Assembly: GCF_014280195.1 (NCBI RefSeq)
Contig: NZ_CP047960.1
Span: 510,001-542,000 of the forward strand
Direction: 5' to 3'
DNA: 32,000 nucleotides
From: Synechococcus sp. A15-24
GTDB lineage: Bacteria > Cyanobacteriota > Cyanobacteriia > PCC-6307 > Cyanobiaceae
Numbering within the stretch: position 1 is the first letter of the stretch; every line of letters begins with the position of its first letter. The notes under the pieces were generated by a model, which did not search any database, had not been told where the DNA came from, and saw only the letters and a program-made list of their open reading frames with translations. The position numbers and the translations under genes are program-made. Below are positions 10,367 to 18,804 of the stretch, in pieces.

Positions 10367-11547
10367 TGGTGCGGCTGCTGATCAGCACCGGTGAGGTGTC
10401 CGGCGATCTGCAGGGCAGCCTGTTGATTCGTGCGCTGCGTGCGGAAGCCGAGCGTCGCCAGTTGCCGTTGGAACTCCTGGCCCTGGGGGGGAACCGGATG
10501 GAGGCAGCTGGCGCTGAGCTCCTGGCGGATACCGCCCCGATGGGGGCGATCGGACTGTGGGAGGCCGTGCCGCTGATCCTGCCGACGTTGCGGCTGCAGG
10601 TCCAGGTGGACCGGCTGCTGGAGCAGCGGCCGCTCGATGGCGTGGTGCTGATCGATTACGTCGGCGCCAATGTGCGGCTGGGCGGCAAGCTGCGCCGCAA
10701 GCATCCAACCCTGCCGATCACGTACTACATCGCGCCCCAGGAATGGGCCTGGCGATTCGGTGATGGCAGCACCACGCGGCTGCTGGATTTCACCGACCGC
10801 ATCCTGGCCATTTTTCCGGCGGAGGCCGAGTTCTATGCCCAACGCGGAGCCACCGTCACCTTGGTGGGCCATCCCTTGCTGGACAGCTTTCAGGACCTTC
10901 CCGGCCGCGAGGAATCACGCCAGCAGTTGGGGTTGGACCCAACTGCTCCGGTGCTTTTGCTGCTGCCGGCTTCTCGCCCCCAGGAGCTGCGGTACCTGAT
11001 GCCTCCATTGGCGGCAGCGGCGGCGATCCTGCAGCGTCGTAAGCCGGGGCTGCAGGTGCTGGTGCCAGCTGGTCTGGAGCGGTTTGAACAGCCCCTCACC
11101 GAGGCTCTGGCCTCAGCAGGTGTGGTGAACGCGCGGGTGATTCCGGCGGCAGAGGCGGATGGCATGAAGAAATCCCTGTGTGCCGCGGCGGATCTGGCCC
11201 TGGGCAAGTCGGGCACGGTGAATCTTGAGCTGGCCCTGCAGGGGGTGCCCCAAGTGGTGGGGTATCGCGTCAGTGGTTTAACAGCGTTTGTGGCCAAGCA
11301 CCTGCTGCGTTTTCAGGTGGACCACATCTCACCGGTGAATCTGCTGCTGAAGCAGCGCCTGGTGCCGGAGTTGCTGCAGGACGAACTGACCGCCGAGGCT
11401 CTGGTGGAGCTGGCCCTGCCGTTGCTGGAGCCGAAACTGGAACGGCAGCGGATGCTGGATGGCTACGGTCAACTCCGATCAACGCTGGGGGAGCCGGGTG
11501 TGACGGAGCGAGCAGCCAAGTCCATTCTCGATGAGGTGCAGCGATGA
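10366..11547 (+). CDS. lpxB: Lipid-A-disaccharide synthase
   Basis: N-terminus [21 protein letters not shown], with [11 protein letters not shown] and GHPLLD motifs. TAATG overlap with lpxA. Confidence 0.9.
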   Translation: MVRLLISTGEVSGDLQGSLLIRALRAEAERRQLPLELLALGGNRMEAAGAELLADTAPMGAIGLWEAVPLILPTLRLQVQVDRLLEQRPLDGVVLIDYVGANVRLGGKLRRKHPTLPITYYIAPQEWAWRFGDGSTTRLLDFTDRILAIFPAEAEFYAQRGATVTLVGHPLLDSFQDLPGREESRQQLGLDPTAPVLLLLPASRPQELRYLMPPLAAAAAILQRRKPGLQVLVPAGLERFEQPLTEALASAGVVNARVIPAAEADGMKKSLCAAADLALGKSGTVNLELALQGVPQVVGYRVSGLTAFVAKHLLRFQVDHISPVNLLLKQRLVPELLQDELTAEALVELALPLLEPKLERQRMLDGYGQLRSTLGEPGVTERAAKSILDEVQR

Positions 11548-12185
11548 GACGACTGCTGCTGGCCTTGCTGATAGGGTTGCTGGGATTCCCGTCAGCCGTG
11601 ATGGCCGACACAGAGACGGCGGTGTTCGCCGGTGGTTGCTTCTGGTGTCTTGAGCACGATCTCGAGGATCTTCCAGGGGTGGTGGAGGCCACCAGCGGTT
11701 ACAGCGGCGGCCATGTGGACAGCCCCACCTACCGTCAGGTGAGCGCTGAAACCACTGGCCATCAGGAGGTGGTTGAGGTGCGGTTCGATCCGGCCGAAAT
11801 CAGCTACGGCACGTTGCTGCGCAGCTACTGGCGCAATGTGGACCCCCTCGATGGGGACGGCCAGTTCTGCGACCGCGGTGACTCCTACCGGCCGGTGATT
11901 TTCACAGCCGATGCGGCCCAGGCCCGTGAAGTGGAAGCGAGTGCCCAGGCCGCTGCCCGTGAGCTGGGTCTGCCCCGCTCGTCACTGAAGGTGGAGCTGC
12001 GGGATGCAGCGCGCTTCTGGCGGGCGGAGGACTACCACCAGAACTACGCCGAGCTGAATGAGCTCAAATACAACTTCTACCGCTTCAGTTGTGGCCGTGA
12101 CCGTCGCCTGGATGCGGTGTGGGGTGCATCAGCGCGCAGAGGTGATGAATGGTCAGACGCATCAGAAACCAGTCAAAACCCTTAA
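11544..12185 (+). CDS. msrA: Peptide methionine (S)-sulfoxide reductase with an N-terminal signal peptide (exported form)
   Basis: [21 protein letters not shown] is followed by the catalytic motif [12 protein letters not shown] and by ...[11 protein letters not shown]...YHQNY. ATGA overlap with the lpxB stop. Confidence 0.9.
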   Translation: MRRLLLALLIGLLGFPSAVMADTETAVFAGGCFWCLEHDLEDLPGVVEATSGYSGGHVDSPTYRQVSAETTGHQEVVEVRFDPAEISYGTLLRSYWRNVDPLDGDGQFCDRGDSYRPVIFTADAAQAREVEASAQAAARELGLPRSSLKVELRDAARFWRAEDYHQNYAELNELKYNFYRFSCGRDRRLDAVWGASARRGDEWSDASETSQNP

Positions 12186-12212
12186 GAAATCAATAGTCAA
12201 CCTATGGAAAAG

Positions 12213-12236
12213 ATTAAGCGGCGAAGATGGCTTAAT
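12213..12236 (+). other. Hairpin-capable inverted repeat downstream of msrA (ATTAAGC - 10 nt - GCTTAAT)
   Basis: 7-bp perfect arms at 12213-12219 and 12230-12236. No T-tract follows, so it is not a canonical intrinsic terminator. Confidence 0.3.
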
Positions 12237-12326
12237 TCACCCAGTTCTCAGTGAACAGACGGCTTCCCGCCCATCGACCACCATTGAGGACATGCTTACG
12301 ATCATGGTGCTGATGGAGGGAGATGT

Positions 12327-12518
12327 ATGTATTTGCTGACCATTAGGGATGGTCTTGGAACCCGTCATATCGGACCTTATCCATCCCCGAAGCATGCTTC
12401 GGATGATCTTGATCGGGTGCTGGAGACGTGCTCTGAGCGGGCCCGCTGGCAGATCCACGCCCTGGAAACACCGGAGCGGCATGGCTCCACCCGATTCCAC
12501 GCCGTCGCAGCGTCCTGA
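12327..12518 (+). CDS. Small hypothetical protein (63 aa)
   Basis: ATG is preceded by GGAGGGAG about 6 nt upstream. It lies in a visibly AT-richer patch after msrA. No family recognised. Confidence 0.4.
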   Translation: MYLLTIRDGLGTRHIGPYPSPKHASDDLDRVLETCSERARWQIHALETPERHGSTRFHAVAAS

Positions 12519-12761
12519 TCAGGCCCGGGGGCCGCGACCGGGAAAACCTTTGGTCAGACCGCTGTCAATCATGAGTCCGATGCCGGCATTGATGCAGATC
12601 AGACTGAAGGTGCCGGTCCAGAACCACTCGCCGGCCTGGCCGCCCATCAGCTGAACCACCCGGCGGCTCACCGCTTCGCCGAACAGGCAAAGACCCACCG
12701 GCAGCAGCAGGACCCCGGCCTGGGCCTTCAGGTACCAGCGCCAGGGTGATGTGGGTCTCAT
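12519..12761 (-). CDS. Small two-TM membrane protein, translationally coupled to pepA
   Basis: ATG at 12761 overlaps the pepA stop (ATGA). Hydrophobic segments VLLLPVGLCLFGEAV and WFWTGTFSLICINAGIGLMI. Confidence 0.55.
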   Translation of the reverse strand: MRPTSPWRWYLKAQAGVLLLPVGLCLFGEAVSRRVVQLMGGQAGEWFWTGTFSLICINAGIGLMIDSGLTKGFPGRGPRA

Positions 12762-14221
12762 GCCGGGTTGCACACCCAATTAGCCAGGGTGCGAACGCCG
12801 TAACCGGTGGCACCGGCGGGGTCCAGACCACGGCCCTTGTCACTCCAGACGGTGCCGGCGATGTCGATGTGGGCCCAGGCGATGCCGTCGCCAACGAAGT
12901 GCTCGAGGAACAGTGCTGCTGTGATCGAGCCACCCGGCCTGGGGCCGGTGTTCTTGAAATCGGCCAGCTTGGATTTCAGGCCCTCCTTGTAGGAGGCGCG
13001 CAATGGCATCCGCCAGAGCCCTTCACCACCGGCATCCGCCGCCTGCTGAAGGGCGGTGGCCAGGCCATCGTTGTTGCTCCACAGGCCTGCCATCTCATCG
13101 CCGAGGGCGATGACGCAGGCGCCGGTGAGGGTGGCCAGGTCAACGACGGCGTCGGGCTTCTGCTCACAGGCGTAGAGCAGGGCATCCGCCAGGGTCAGCC
13201 GGCCTTCGGCATCGGTGTTGTTGATTTCAATCGTGGTGCCGTCGGCGGCGGTGACGATGTCACCGGGATGCACGGCGGAGCCGTTGATCATGTTTTCGCA
13301 GGAGGCCACGATCATGTGCACCTCCACCCCTGCCGGCTTGCGTTCGGCGATGGAGCGCATGGCCCCTAGCACCGCTGCGCTGCCGCCCATGTCGAACTTC
13401 ATCATGTCGATCTGGGCGGCCCCCACCTTGAGGTTGTAGCCGCCGGAATCGAAGGTGAGGCCTTTGCCCACCAGTGCCACCCGACGCTTCACTTCGCCGT
13501 CGGGGCGGTAAATCAGGTGAATCAGTTTGGGGTCTAGATCGGAGCCCTGGCTGACGCAGAGAAACGCTCCCATTCCGCGGGCTTCACACTCGGCCCGTTC
13601 CAGAACGGTGAGCTCCAGGCCGTGGTTGCGGGAGAGCTCGGCGGCGGTCTCCGCCAGGGCAGCGGGTGTCACCACATTGGGAGGAGCGGCCACCAGCTCA
13701 CGGGCCAGCTCCACACCGGCGCAGGTGGCACCCACGGCCTCGAGGCCGGCGGCGGCCGTGGCGGGCAGCCCGATCAACTCCAGGGCCTCCGGGTGACGCC
13801 GTGGTTCCGGTGCCGTGCGGAAGCGCTGGTCGGCGTAGAGAGCCAGGCGCGCAGCTTCAGCCGCCGCCGCCGCGGCGGCGGCGGGTTCCAGTCCATCCCA
13901 GCTGAGCTGCAGCCCCAGGCTGCCGGTGTGACCGCTGGCGGCCTTGGCGGCCCTGGCGGCGGCGCTGCGCACCCCATCGAGGTTGAAGGCATTGGCAAGC
14001 CCCAGACCCAGCACCACCAGCCGTTGAGGGCCGTCTTTGCCGAGACGGTTGATCAGCAGCTGCTCCGATGGCTTGCCCTTGAACTGCTGCTGCGAGAGGG
14101 CGGCCCCCAGGCCGGGGAAGCGCGCTTCGAGATCGGTGGCGGGCTGATCCTGCAGCAGTCCCACCACCAGCACATCACCGTTCCAGTCTTGAAGACCGGT
14201 GGTGGAGAGAGAGAAGCGCAT
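12758..14221 (-). CDS. pepA: Leucyl aminopeptidase (M17 family)
   Basis: 487 aa with GKGLTFDSGGYNLK, NTDAEGRLTLADAL and DIAGTVW motifs typical of M17 aminopeptidases. Confidence 0.93.
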   Translation of the reverse strand: MRFSLSTTGLQDWNGDVLVVGLLQDQPATDLEARFPGLGAALSQQQFKGKPSEQLLINRLGKDGPQRLVVLGLGLANAFNLDGVRSAAARAAKAASGHTGSLGLQLSWDGLEPAAAAAAAAEAARLALYADQRFRTAPEPRRHPEALELIGLPATAAAGLEAVGATCAGVELARELVAAPPNVVTPAALAETAAELSRNHGLELTVLERAECEARGMGAFLCVSQGSDLDPKLIHLIYRPDGEVKRRVALVGKGLTFDSGGYNLKVGAAQIDMMKFDMGGSAAVLGAMRSIAERKPAGVEVHMIVASCENMINGSAVHPGDIVTAADGTTIEINNTDAEGRLTLADALLYACEQKPDAVVDLATLTGACVIALGDEMAGLWSNNDGLATALQQAADAGGEGLWRMPLRASYKEGLKSKLADFKNTGPRPGGSITAALFLEHFVGDGIAWAHIDIAGTVWSDKGRGLDPAGATGYGVRTLANWVCNPA

Positions 14222-14253
14222 GACCCGGCGCGTCGCAAAAGCCGAGCGTAGCG

Positions 14254-14379
14254 ATGCTGCTAGGAGGGGGGGCTATTGGCGACCTCGCGATGTTCTCCAA
14301 CGTGGCCCTGCTGGCCGTGGCGGCGCTGATCGGCGTCAGCCCGCTGGTGTGGGTGATTCTTCACTTCAACGGCCGCTGA
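14254..14379 (+). CDS. Candidate micro-ORF for a single-TM peptide (41 aa from ATG 14254, or 29 aa from ATG 14290)
   Basis: Hand translation gives MLLGGGAIGDLAMFSNVALLAVAALIGVSPLVWVILHFNGR*. It is below the ORF-track size cut-off. A GGAGGGGGGG run sits at 14263-14272. It lies in the gap between pepA and the HExxH gene. Confidence 0.3.
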   Translation: MLLGGGAIGDLAMFSNVALLAVAALIGVSPLVWVILHFNGR

Positions 14380-14411
14380 CATCGCTCTTTCAGTGCCTTG
14401 ATGACCAGGGC

Positions 14412-14822
14412 TTAGGCATCATCTTGCCCCTGAATCAGAAAGGCCTCCTTTTCAAGCGCCATGTGCTCCTGGAGGTAGTGATGGCTCAGTAGGTATCGAA
14501 TGCGGCTCTCCACAGCAGGATCCGCTTTCCTTTTAATCCCGAGCAGTGTGAGCTTGCCCTTCGGACAACTCTGGGCGGCATGAACGGCTTCATGCAGCAG
14601 CACCTGCCAGGTGATGCCCAGTTCATTGACGATGGGAGAGATCTGAATGAGCTTCTGGGCTGGGATAAAGCGTCCGTAAGCTCTGCCAGGAAGCTGACGC
14701 ATTTAAATTTTGAAGCCGTAACGCAGCAGGGCGTGCTGCAGGGGACTGAGATCAAACGCTGCGGCGCTGAGAGGTCTTAGCAACAGGGCCGCAAGCAAAA
14801 GCAGGCCGGCGGAATACCTCAC
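14412..14822 (-). pseudogene. Signal-peptide HExxH (zinc-metallopeptidase-like) protein interrupted by an in-frame TAA
   Basis: GTG at 14822 (GTGA overlap with the upstream gene's stop) opens MRYSAGLLLLAALLLRPLSAAAFDLSPLQHALLRYGFKI. TAA at 14703-14705 follows, then the same frame continues MRQLPGRAYGRFIPAQ...VLLHEAVHAAQSCP... to the stop at 14412. Confidence 0.55.
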
Positions 14823-15391
14823 AGGTCGGTGGTGAAGGGGGTGGCCCAGCGTTGGCGGGTTTCTTTGTTGAACGGCGGCAGCCAGAGGTGGATCAGGGCC
14901 TGCTCCAGGCCGCGCCGGGCCTTGGTGGTTCGGGGCACATCGCTGCAGAAGCGGATGCTGAGTTGGTGGGCCATACCGCAGCGCTGCAGGGCTTCGCCGT
15001 AGGCCGCCAGGTAGGCCTTGCAGTCGTGTTCGCCTTTCCAGCGGCGATCGGCTGCCATGGTTTCGCCCACGTACAGCAGCAGCGGCTGCTCGAGATCCGC
15101 TGGTCGATCCAGCACCAGATAGATGGCAGCTCCGGCATGGGGACTGTCGGGCCAGCGCCAGAAGCTGAGCGGCAGTGGCGTGAGGGCCAGGGGGTTGATG
15201 GCGGACACCGCATCGCTGCTGCTGGCCCCGAACAGGTTGGTCTGATTTGTGCTCTGCGGGGCGCCGCGAAACAGCGGGGCCTGATGGTGATGTAACCGCT
15301 GCTGCCAGGCCCGCAGCTGATCGTCATCCAGCGTCAGCTCCTCTGGCGGTGATGCGGCCAGTCCGGCGGTGGCGAACAGATCCCCCTGCAT
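14819..15391 (-). CDS. Conserved hypothetical protein with a GIY-YIG-like C-terminal domain
   Basis: 190 aa. AIYLVLDRPADLEQPLLLYVGETMAADRRWKGEH...GLEQALIHLWLPPFN resembles the GIY / YIG / R / E / N pattern. Coupled to both neighbours by overlapping stop/start codons. Confidence 0.6.
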   Translation of the reverse strand: MQGDLFATAGLAASPPEELTLDDDQLRAWQQRLHHHQAPLFRGAPQSTNQTNLFGASSSDAVSAINPLALTPLPLSFWRWPDSPHAGAAIYLVLDRPADLEQPLLLYVGETMAADRRWKGEHDCKAYLAAYGEALQRCGMAHQLSIRFCSDVPRTTKARRGLEQALIHLWLPPFNKETRQRWATPFTTDL

Positions 15392-15945
15392 CAGTTCAGG
15401 GGCAGGGACGGACCGGCCCGCTTGGCTTCGAAGCAGACCCGACCGATCAGGGCTTCGATGGCACTGGCGGGCAGGCAGAGCCGTTCCTGCAGATCGGCGA
15501 GATCGCGGAAGCCGCCGCGGCGTCGCTCCCGCAGCAGGCCCTGCAGGCGTTGTTCAGGCCAACGCAGCTGCTCCAGCTCATCGGCGCTGGCGTTGTTGAG
15601 ATCCAATGGAGCTGCCGCCGGTTGCGGCGGGGCATCACCATGCCAGTGCACGATCAGGTGGGGTTCCCAGCTGCGGCGCTGCTGCTCGGGGAGCTCCAGC
15701 AGCCGGAACAGCTCATCCACCGAACTGAACTGCACACCACCTTGCTGGAGGCGCAGCAGCAGATCTGCGGTGTCGTCGCTGCAGCCCGGCAATTGCAACC
15801 ACTGCTCACGGCTGGCGCGGTTCACTTCCATCGTCCAGGCCGGTGGGGCTGGTGGGGGAGGCGTCGCTGCTGGGGATGTCGGCAACTGACCTGCGGCCTG
15901 CAACACCCGTCGGGCCAGGGGGTCCAACCAGTGACGGCGCGGCAT
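15391..15945 (-). CDS. Protein with tandem ComEA-like helix-hairpin-helix domains
   Basis: Two repeats: VNRASREQWLQLPGCSDDTADLLLRLQQGGVQFSSVDEL and LNNASADELEQL...LLRERRRGGFRDLADLQERLCLPASAIEALIGRV. Pro-rich linker. Confidence 0.6.
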   Translation of the reverse strand: MPRRHWLDPLARRVLQAAGQLPTSPAATPPPPAPPAWTMEVNRASREQWLQLPGCSDDTADLLLRLQQGGVQFSSVDELFRLLELPEQQRRSWEPHLIVHWHGDAPPQPAAAPLDLNNASADELEQLRWPEQRLQGLLRERRRGGFRDLADLQERLCLPASAIEALIGRVCFEAKRAGPSLPLN

Positions 15946-16000
15946 CAGGCAGGGCAGGTCGCAAAGCGTGGGCTGACCCTACCCAGCACAGCGGGGTGCG

Positions 16001-16333
16001 TCACTGCTGCAGTTGCTTCACCAATGCGGCACAGCCGCCCTGATCGGCGATGTAGGCGCTCATCAGATCGCTGAACTCGGGCTTGGAGGTCACTGCGTCG
16101 CGGGCGCTGTCGCTGATGCCGTCGCTGGCGATGAACGCCTTGGCCATGGAGAGGGCCTCATCCACCGACATGGTTTTTGTCTCGATCAGGCAATGGGCAT
16201 TGCCCTGGGCCACGGCGACGCTGATGGTGGTGTCATCGAGTTCGGCGTTGGCCGGGCTGACTAGCAGGCCATTCAGGGCCAAGGCGCTGATCAGGAGGCG
16301 CTTGAAACCCTGTCGAAGATGAGAGGGGGTCAT
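16001..16333 (-). CDS. Small secreted protein (110 aa, signal peptide, two Cys)
   Basis: MTPSHLRQGFKRLLISALALNGLLVSPANA / ELDD... The ATG overlaps the stop of the upstream regulator (ATGA). Confidence 0.6.
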   Translation of the reverse strand: MTPSHLRQGFKRLLISALALNGLLVSPANAELDDTTISVAVAQGNAHCLIETKTMSVDEALSMAKAFIASDGISDSARDAVTSKPEFSDLMSAYIADQGGCAALVKQLQQ

Positions 16334-17034
16334 GGGGTCCAGCGGGGCAAATGGGCCGGCAGGTCCACCAGATCATTGCGAAAGGCGATCAGCATCGCCT
16401 GGCTGCGGTCGCGGGCGTCGAGCTTGCTGAGCACGGCGGAGACGCTGTGCTTCACCGTTTCAATCGACAGGTTGAGCTGGTCGGCGATCTCCTGGTTGCT
16501 GAGGCCGCGGCAGATGCCGCGCAGCACGTCTTCCTCCCGCACGGTCAGGCCAGGGTTGAGGGATGTGCTGGTGTGGCCGCGGCTGAGACGGCTGTGGCGC
16601 AGCACGCCGGCGACCACCGGGTCGATGTAAATAGCGTCGCTGTCGATGGCCTGGATGGCCTTCAGCAGATGGCCGTTGCCCACCAGTTCACGGCTGCAAA
16701 GCCCCTGGCAGCCGGCGGCGGTGGCGGCCTCGATCGTGCTGCGCAGCGGCCGTTGGATCAGCATCAGGCAGATCAGCTCCGGCCGGAGAGCGCGGGCGTG
16801 ATGCACAAGGGAGGGACCATCGCCGCTCTCCAGCAGATCGGTGCAGATCAACAGATCCGCCGCGCTGCGCTCCAGGCAGGTGAGGGTGTCGGCTTCGCTG
16901 GTGCAGGCGCCCAGCAATGGCCCGATGCCGTCGAGCAGGCCCACCAGGCTGGTGATCAGCACCCGGTCAGCGCTGGCGATCACGATGCGGCGGCGCTTCA
17001 ACTCGGAACGGCTGCGCTGAAGCGTCTCACGCAT
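16330..17034 (-). CDS. LuxR/NarL-family response regulator with an atypical receiver domain
   Basis: C-terminal HTH LTVREEDVLRGICRGLSNQEIADQLNLSIETVKHSVSAVLSKL. The receiver-like N-terminus has SAD in place of the DD pair. It keeps the ICTD Asp but lacks the usual T/S and K by eye. I placed the start at ATG 17034; the ORF track uses TTG 17061. Confidence 0.8.
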   Translation of the reverse strand: MRETLQRSRSELKRRRIVIASADRVLITSLVGLLDGIGPLLGACTSEADTLTCLERSAADLLICTDLLESGDGPSLVHHARALRPELICLMLIQRPLRSTIEAATAAGCQGLCSRELVGNGHLLKAIQAIDSDAIYIDPVVAGVLRHSRLSRGHTSTSLNPGLTVREEDVLRGICRGLSNQEIADQLNLSIETVKHSVSAVLSKLDARDRSQAMLIAFRNDLVDLPAHLPRWTP

Positions 17035-17128
17035 GGCCGGCAGCTGGGAGGTGAGATTCAACGCAGGCGCTGGAGGGCGTTACCGGCATGGTGCCCATGG
17101 GGTAAAACCGCACTGCCATCGACCACGG

Positions 17129-17144
17129 GAATTCTGCAGAATTC
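17129..17144. promoter_or_regulatory. Perfect 16-bp palindrome GAATTCTGCAGAATTC in the divergent intergenic region
   Basis: It is its own reverse complement. It lies 27 nt upstream of the DUF1825-like ATG and 95 nt upstream of the LuxR-type regulator ATG. Confidence 0.4.
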
Positions 17145-17170
17145 TCGGCAACAGAACGAAATTCGAGCGG

Positions 17171-17500
17171 ATGGCATTTTTCGAATCCGACATCGTTCAG
17201 GACGAAGCCAAACGTCTGTTCGGTGATTACCAGCAACTGATGCAGCTGGGCAGTGAGTACGGCAAGTTCGACCGGGAGGGCAAGAAGAAGTTCATCGAAA
17301 CGATGGAGGAGTTGATGGGCCGCTACCGGGTGTTCATGAAGCGTTTTGAGCTCTCGGAAGACTTCCAGGCCAAGCTCACGGTGGAGCAGCTGCGCACCCA
17401 GCTCAGCCAGTTCGGCATCACCCCCGAGCAGATGTTCGAGCAGATGAATGCCACCCTGGAACGGATGAAGGCCCAGATCGAGCTGCCACCCTCCAGCTGA
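17171..17500 (+). CDS. Conserved cyanobacterial protein (DUF1825-like)
   Basis: MAFFESDIVQDEAKRLFGDYQQLMQLGSEYGKFDREGKKKFIETMEELMGRYRVFMKRFELS... I recall this as the picocyanobacterial DUF1825 family. I placed the start at the internal ATG 17171. Confidence 0.75.
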   Translation: MAFFESDIVQDEAKRLFGDYQQLMQLGSEYGKFDREGKKKFIETMEELMGRYRVFMKRFELSEDFQAKLTVEQLRTQLSQFGITPEQMFEQMNATLERMKAQIELPPSS

Positions 17501-17556
17501 AACAACCCAGCTCCTGAGTCACCCGTACGATCGCCAGCGCACGCTCTCAGCGCCCC

Positions 17557-18804
17557 ATGCCGGAGACCACACCGTTGCTGCCGAACTGGCTGGCACGCGG
17601 CATGGCCGATCTGTTCCCGGCCGGTGATCCAACTGATGCTGATCAGGCCCTGGCGGCCCGGCTGGAGCAGGCTGAGAACGAGGGCCGGCCGCTGCGGGTG
17701 AAATTGGGCATCGACCCCACCGGCAGCAACATTCATCTGGGCCACAGCATCCTGTTCCGCAAGCTGCGGGCCTTTCAGGATGCGGGCCACACAGCGGTGC
17801 TGATCATTGGCGATTTCACCGCGCGGATCGGTGATCCCACCGGTAAAAGCGCCACGCGGGTGCAGTTGAGCAAGGAAGATGTGGCCGCCAATGCCTCCAC
17901 CTACCTGCGCCAGCTGGGGCAGGACCAGCCCAAGGAGACGGCGCTGCTGGATTTCGAAACCCCCGGCCGGCTGGAGGTGCGATACAACTCCGAATGGCTG
18001 GAGGGGATGGACCTGCCCGCGGTGATCGGGCTGCTCGGCACCGGCACGGTGGGGCAGATGCTGGCCAAGGACGACTTCTCCAAGCGCTATGGCAGCGGCA
18101 CGCCGATTGCCCTGCATGAGTTTCTTTATCCCTTGCTGCAGGGGTACGACTCGGTGGCGGTGAACGCTGATGTGGAGCTGGGCGGCACCGATCAGAAGTT
18201 CAACGTGGCGATGGGGCGCGATCTGCAGCGCCACTTCAACAAGGGCACCCAGTTCGGTCTGCTGCTGCCGATCCTGGTGGGTCTGGATGGGGTGCAGAAG
18301 ATGAGCAAGAGCCTCGGCAATGTGGTGGGGCTGGAGGAGGATCCGCTGTCGATGTACTCCAAGCTGGAGAAGGTCGGCGATGGGGCGATCAACGACTACG
18401 TGACGTTGCTGACCGACCTGGATCTGGCGACGTTGCCGGAGAATCCGCGCGAGAAGCAGAAGGCGATGGCCCTGGCGGTGACCGCCAGCCGCCATGGGAT
18501 GGAGGCAGCGCAGAAGGCGCAGCTGGATGCGGCTTCGTTGGTCGGCGGTGCCGGAGATGCGGCGACGGAAGTGCCGGAGGCCTCGCTGGCGGAGGTGAAC
18601 TTCCCGGCCAAGGCCTTTTATCTGTTGAGTGCTGTGGGGATCTGCGCCAGCAGCAGCGAGGCACGGCGTCAGATCAAGGGCGGTGCGGTACGGCTGGAGG
18701 GGGAGAAGATCGGCGATCCCAACCAGGAGTTCGCCTCGGCGGCGGAGCTGGAGGGCAAGGTGCTGCAGCTGGGCAAGAAAACCTTCCGGCGGCTCATCGC
18801 TTGA
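17557..18804 (+). CDS. tyrS: Tyrosine-tRNA ligase (with C-terminal S4-like domain)
   Basis: HIGH-type motif [13 protein letters not shown] motif KMSKSLGN, and a C-terminal S4-like ...[17 protein letters not shown]. Confidence 0.93.
   Translation: MPETTPLLPNWLARGMADLFPAGDPTDADQALAARLEQAENEGRPLRVKLGIDPTGSNIHLGHSILFRKLRAFQDAGHTAVLIIGDFTARIGDPTGKSATRVQLSKEDVAANASTYLRQLGQDQPKETALLDFETPGRLEVRYNSEWLEGMDLPAVIGLLGTGTVGQMLAKDDFSKRYGSGTPIALHEFLYPLLQGYDSVAVNADVELGGTDQKFNVAMGRDLQRHFNKGTQFGLLLPILVGLDGVQKMSKSLGNVVGLEEDPLSMYSKLEKVGDGAINDYVTLLTDLDLATLPENPREKQKAMALAVTASRHGMEAAQKAQLDAASLVGGAGDAATEVPEASLAEVNFPAKAFYLLSAVGICASSSEARRQIKGGAVRLEGEKIGDPNQEFASAAELEGKVLQLGKKTFRRLIA

Noticed and set aside
14199-14492. 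97-aa ORF on the plus strand across the pepA start region.
   Set aside because: It has an Arg/Gly-rich artefact-like composition and overlaps the pepA 5' end and the HExxH gene 3' end. The short TM micro-ORF in another frame is the more plausible coding signal here.
17129-17144. GAATTCTGCAGAATTC resembles an EcoRI-PstI-EcoRI polylinker, so I considered cloning-vector contamination.
   Set aside because: The flanks on both sides are ordinary native-looking intergenic and coding sequence, and no other vector-like sequence is present. I kept it as a candidate operator instead.
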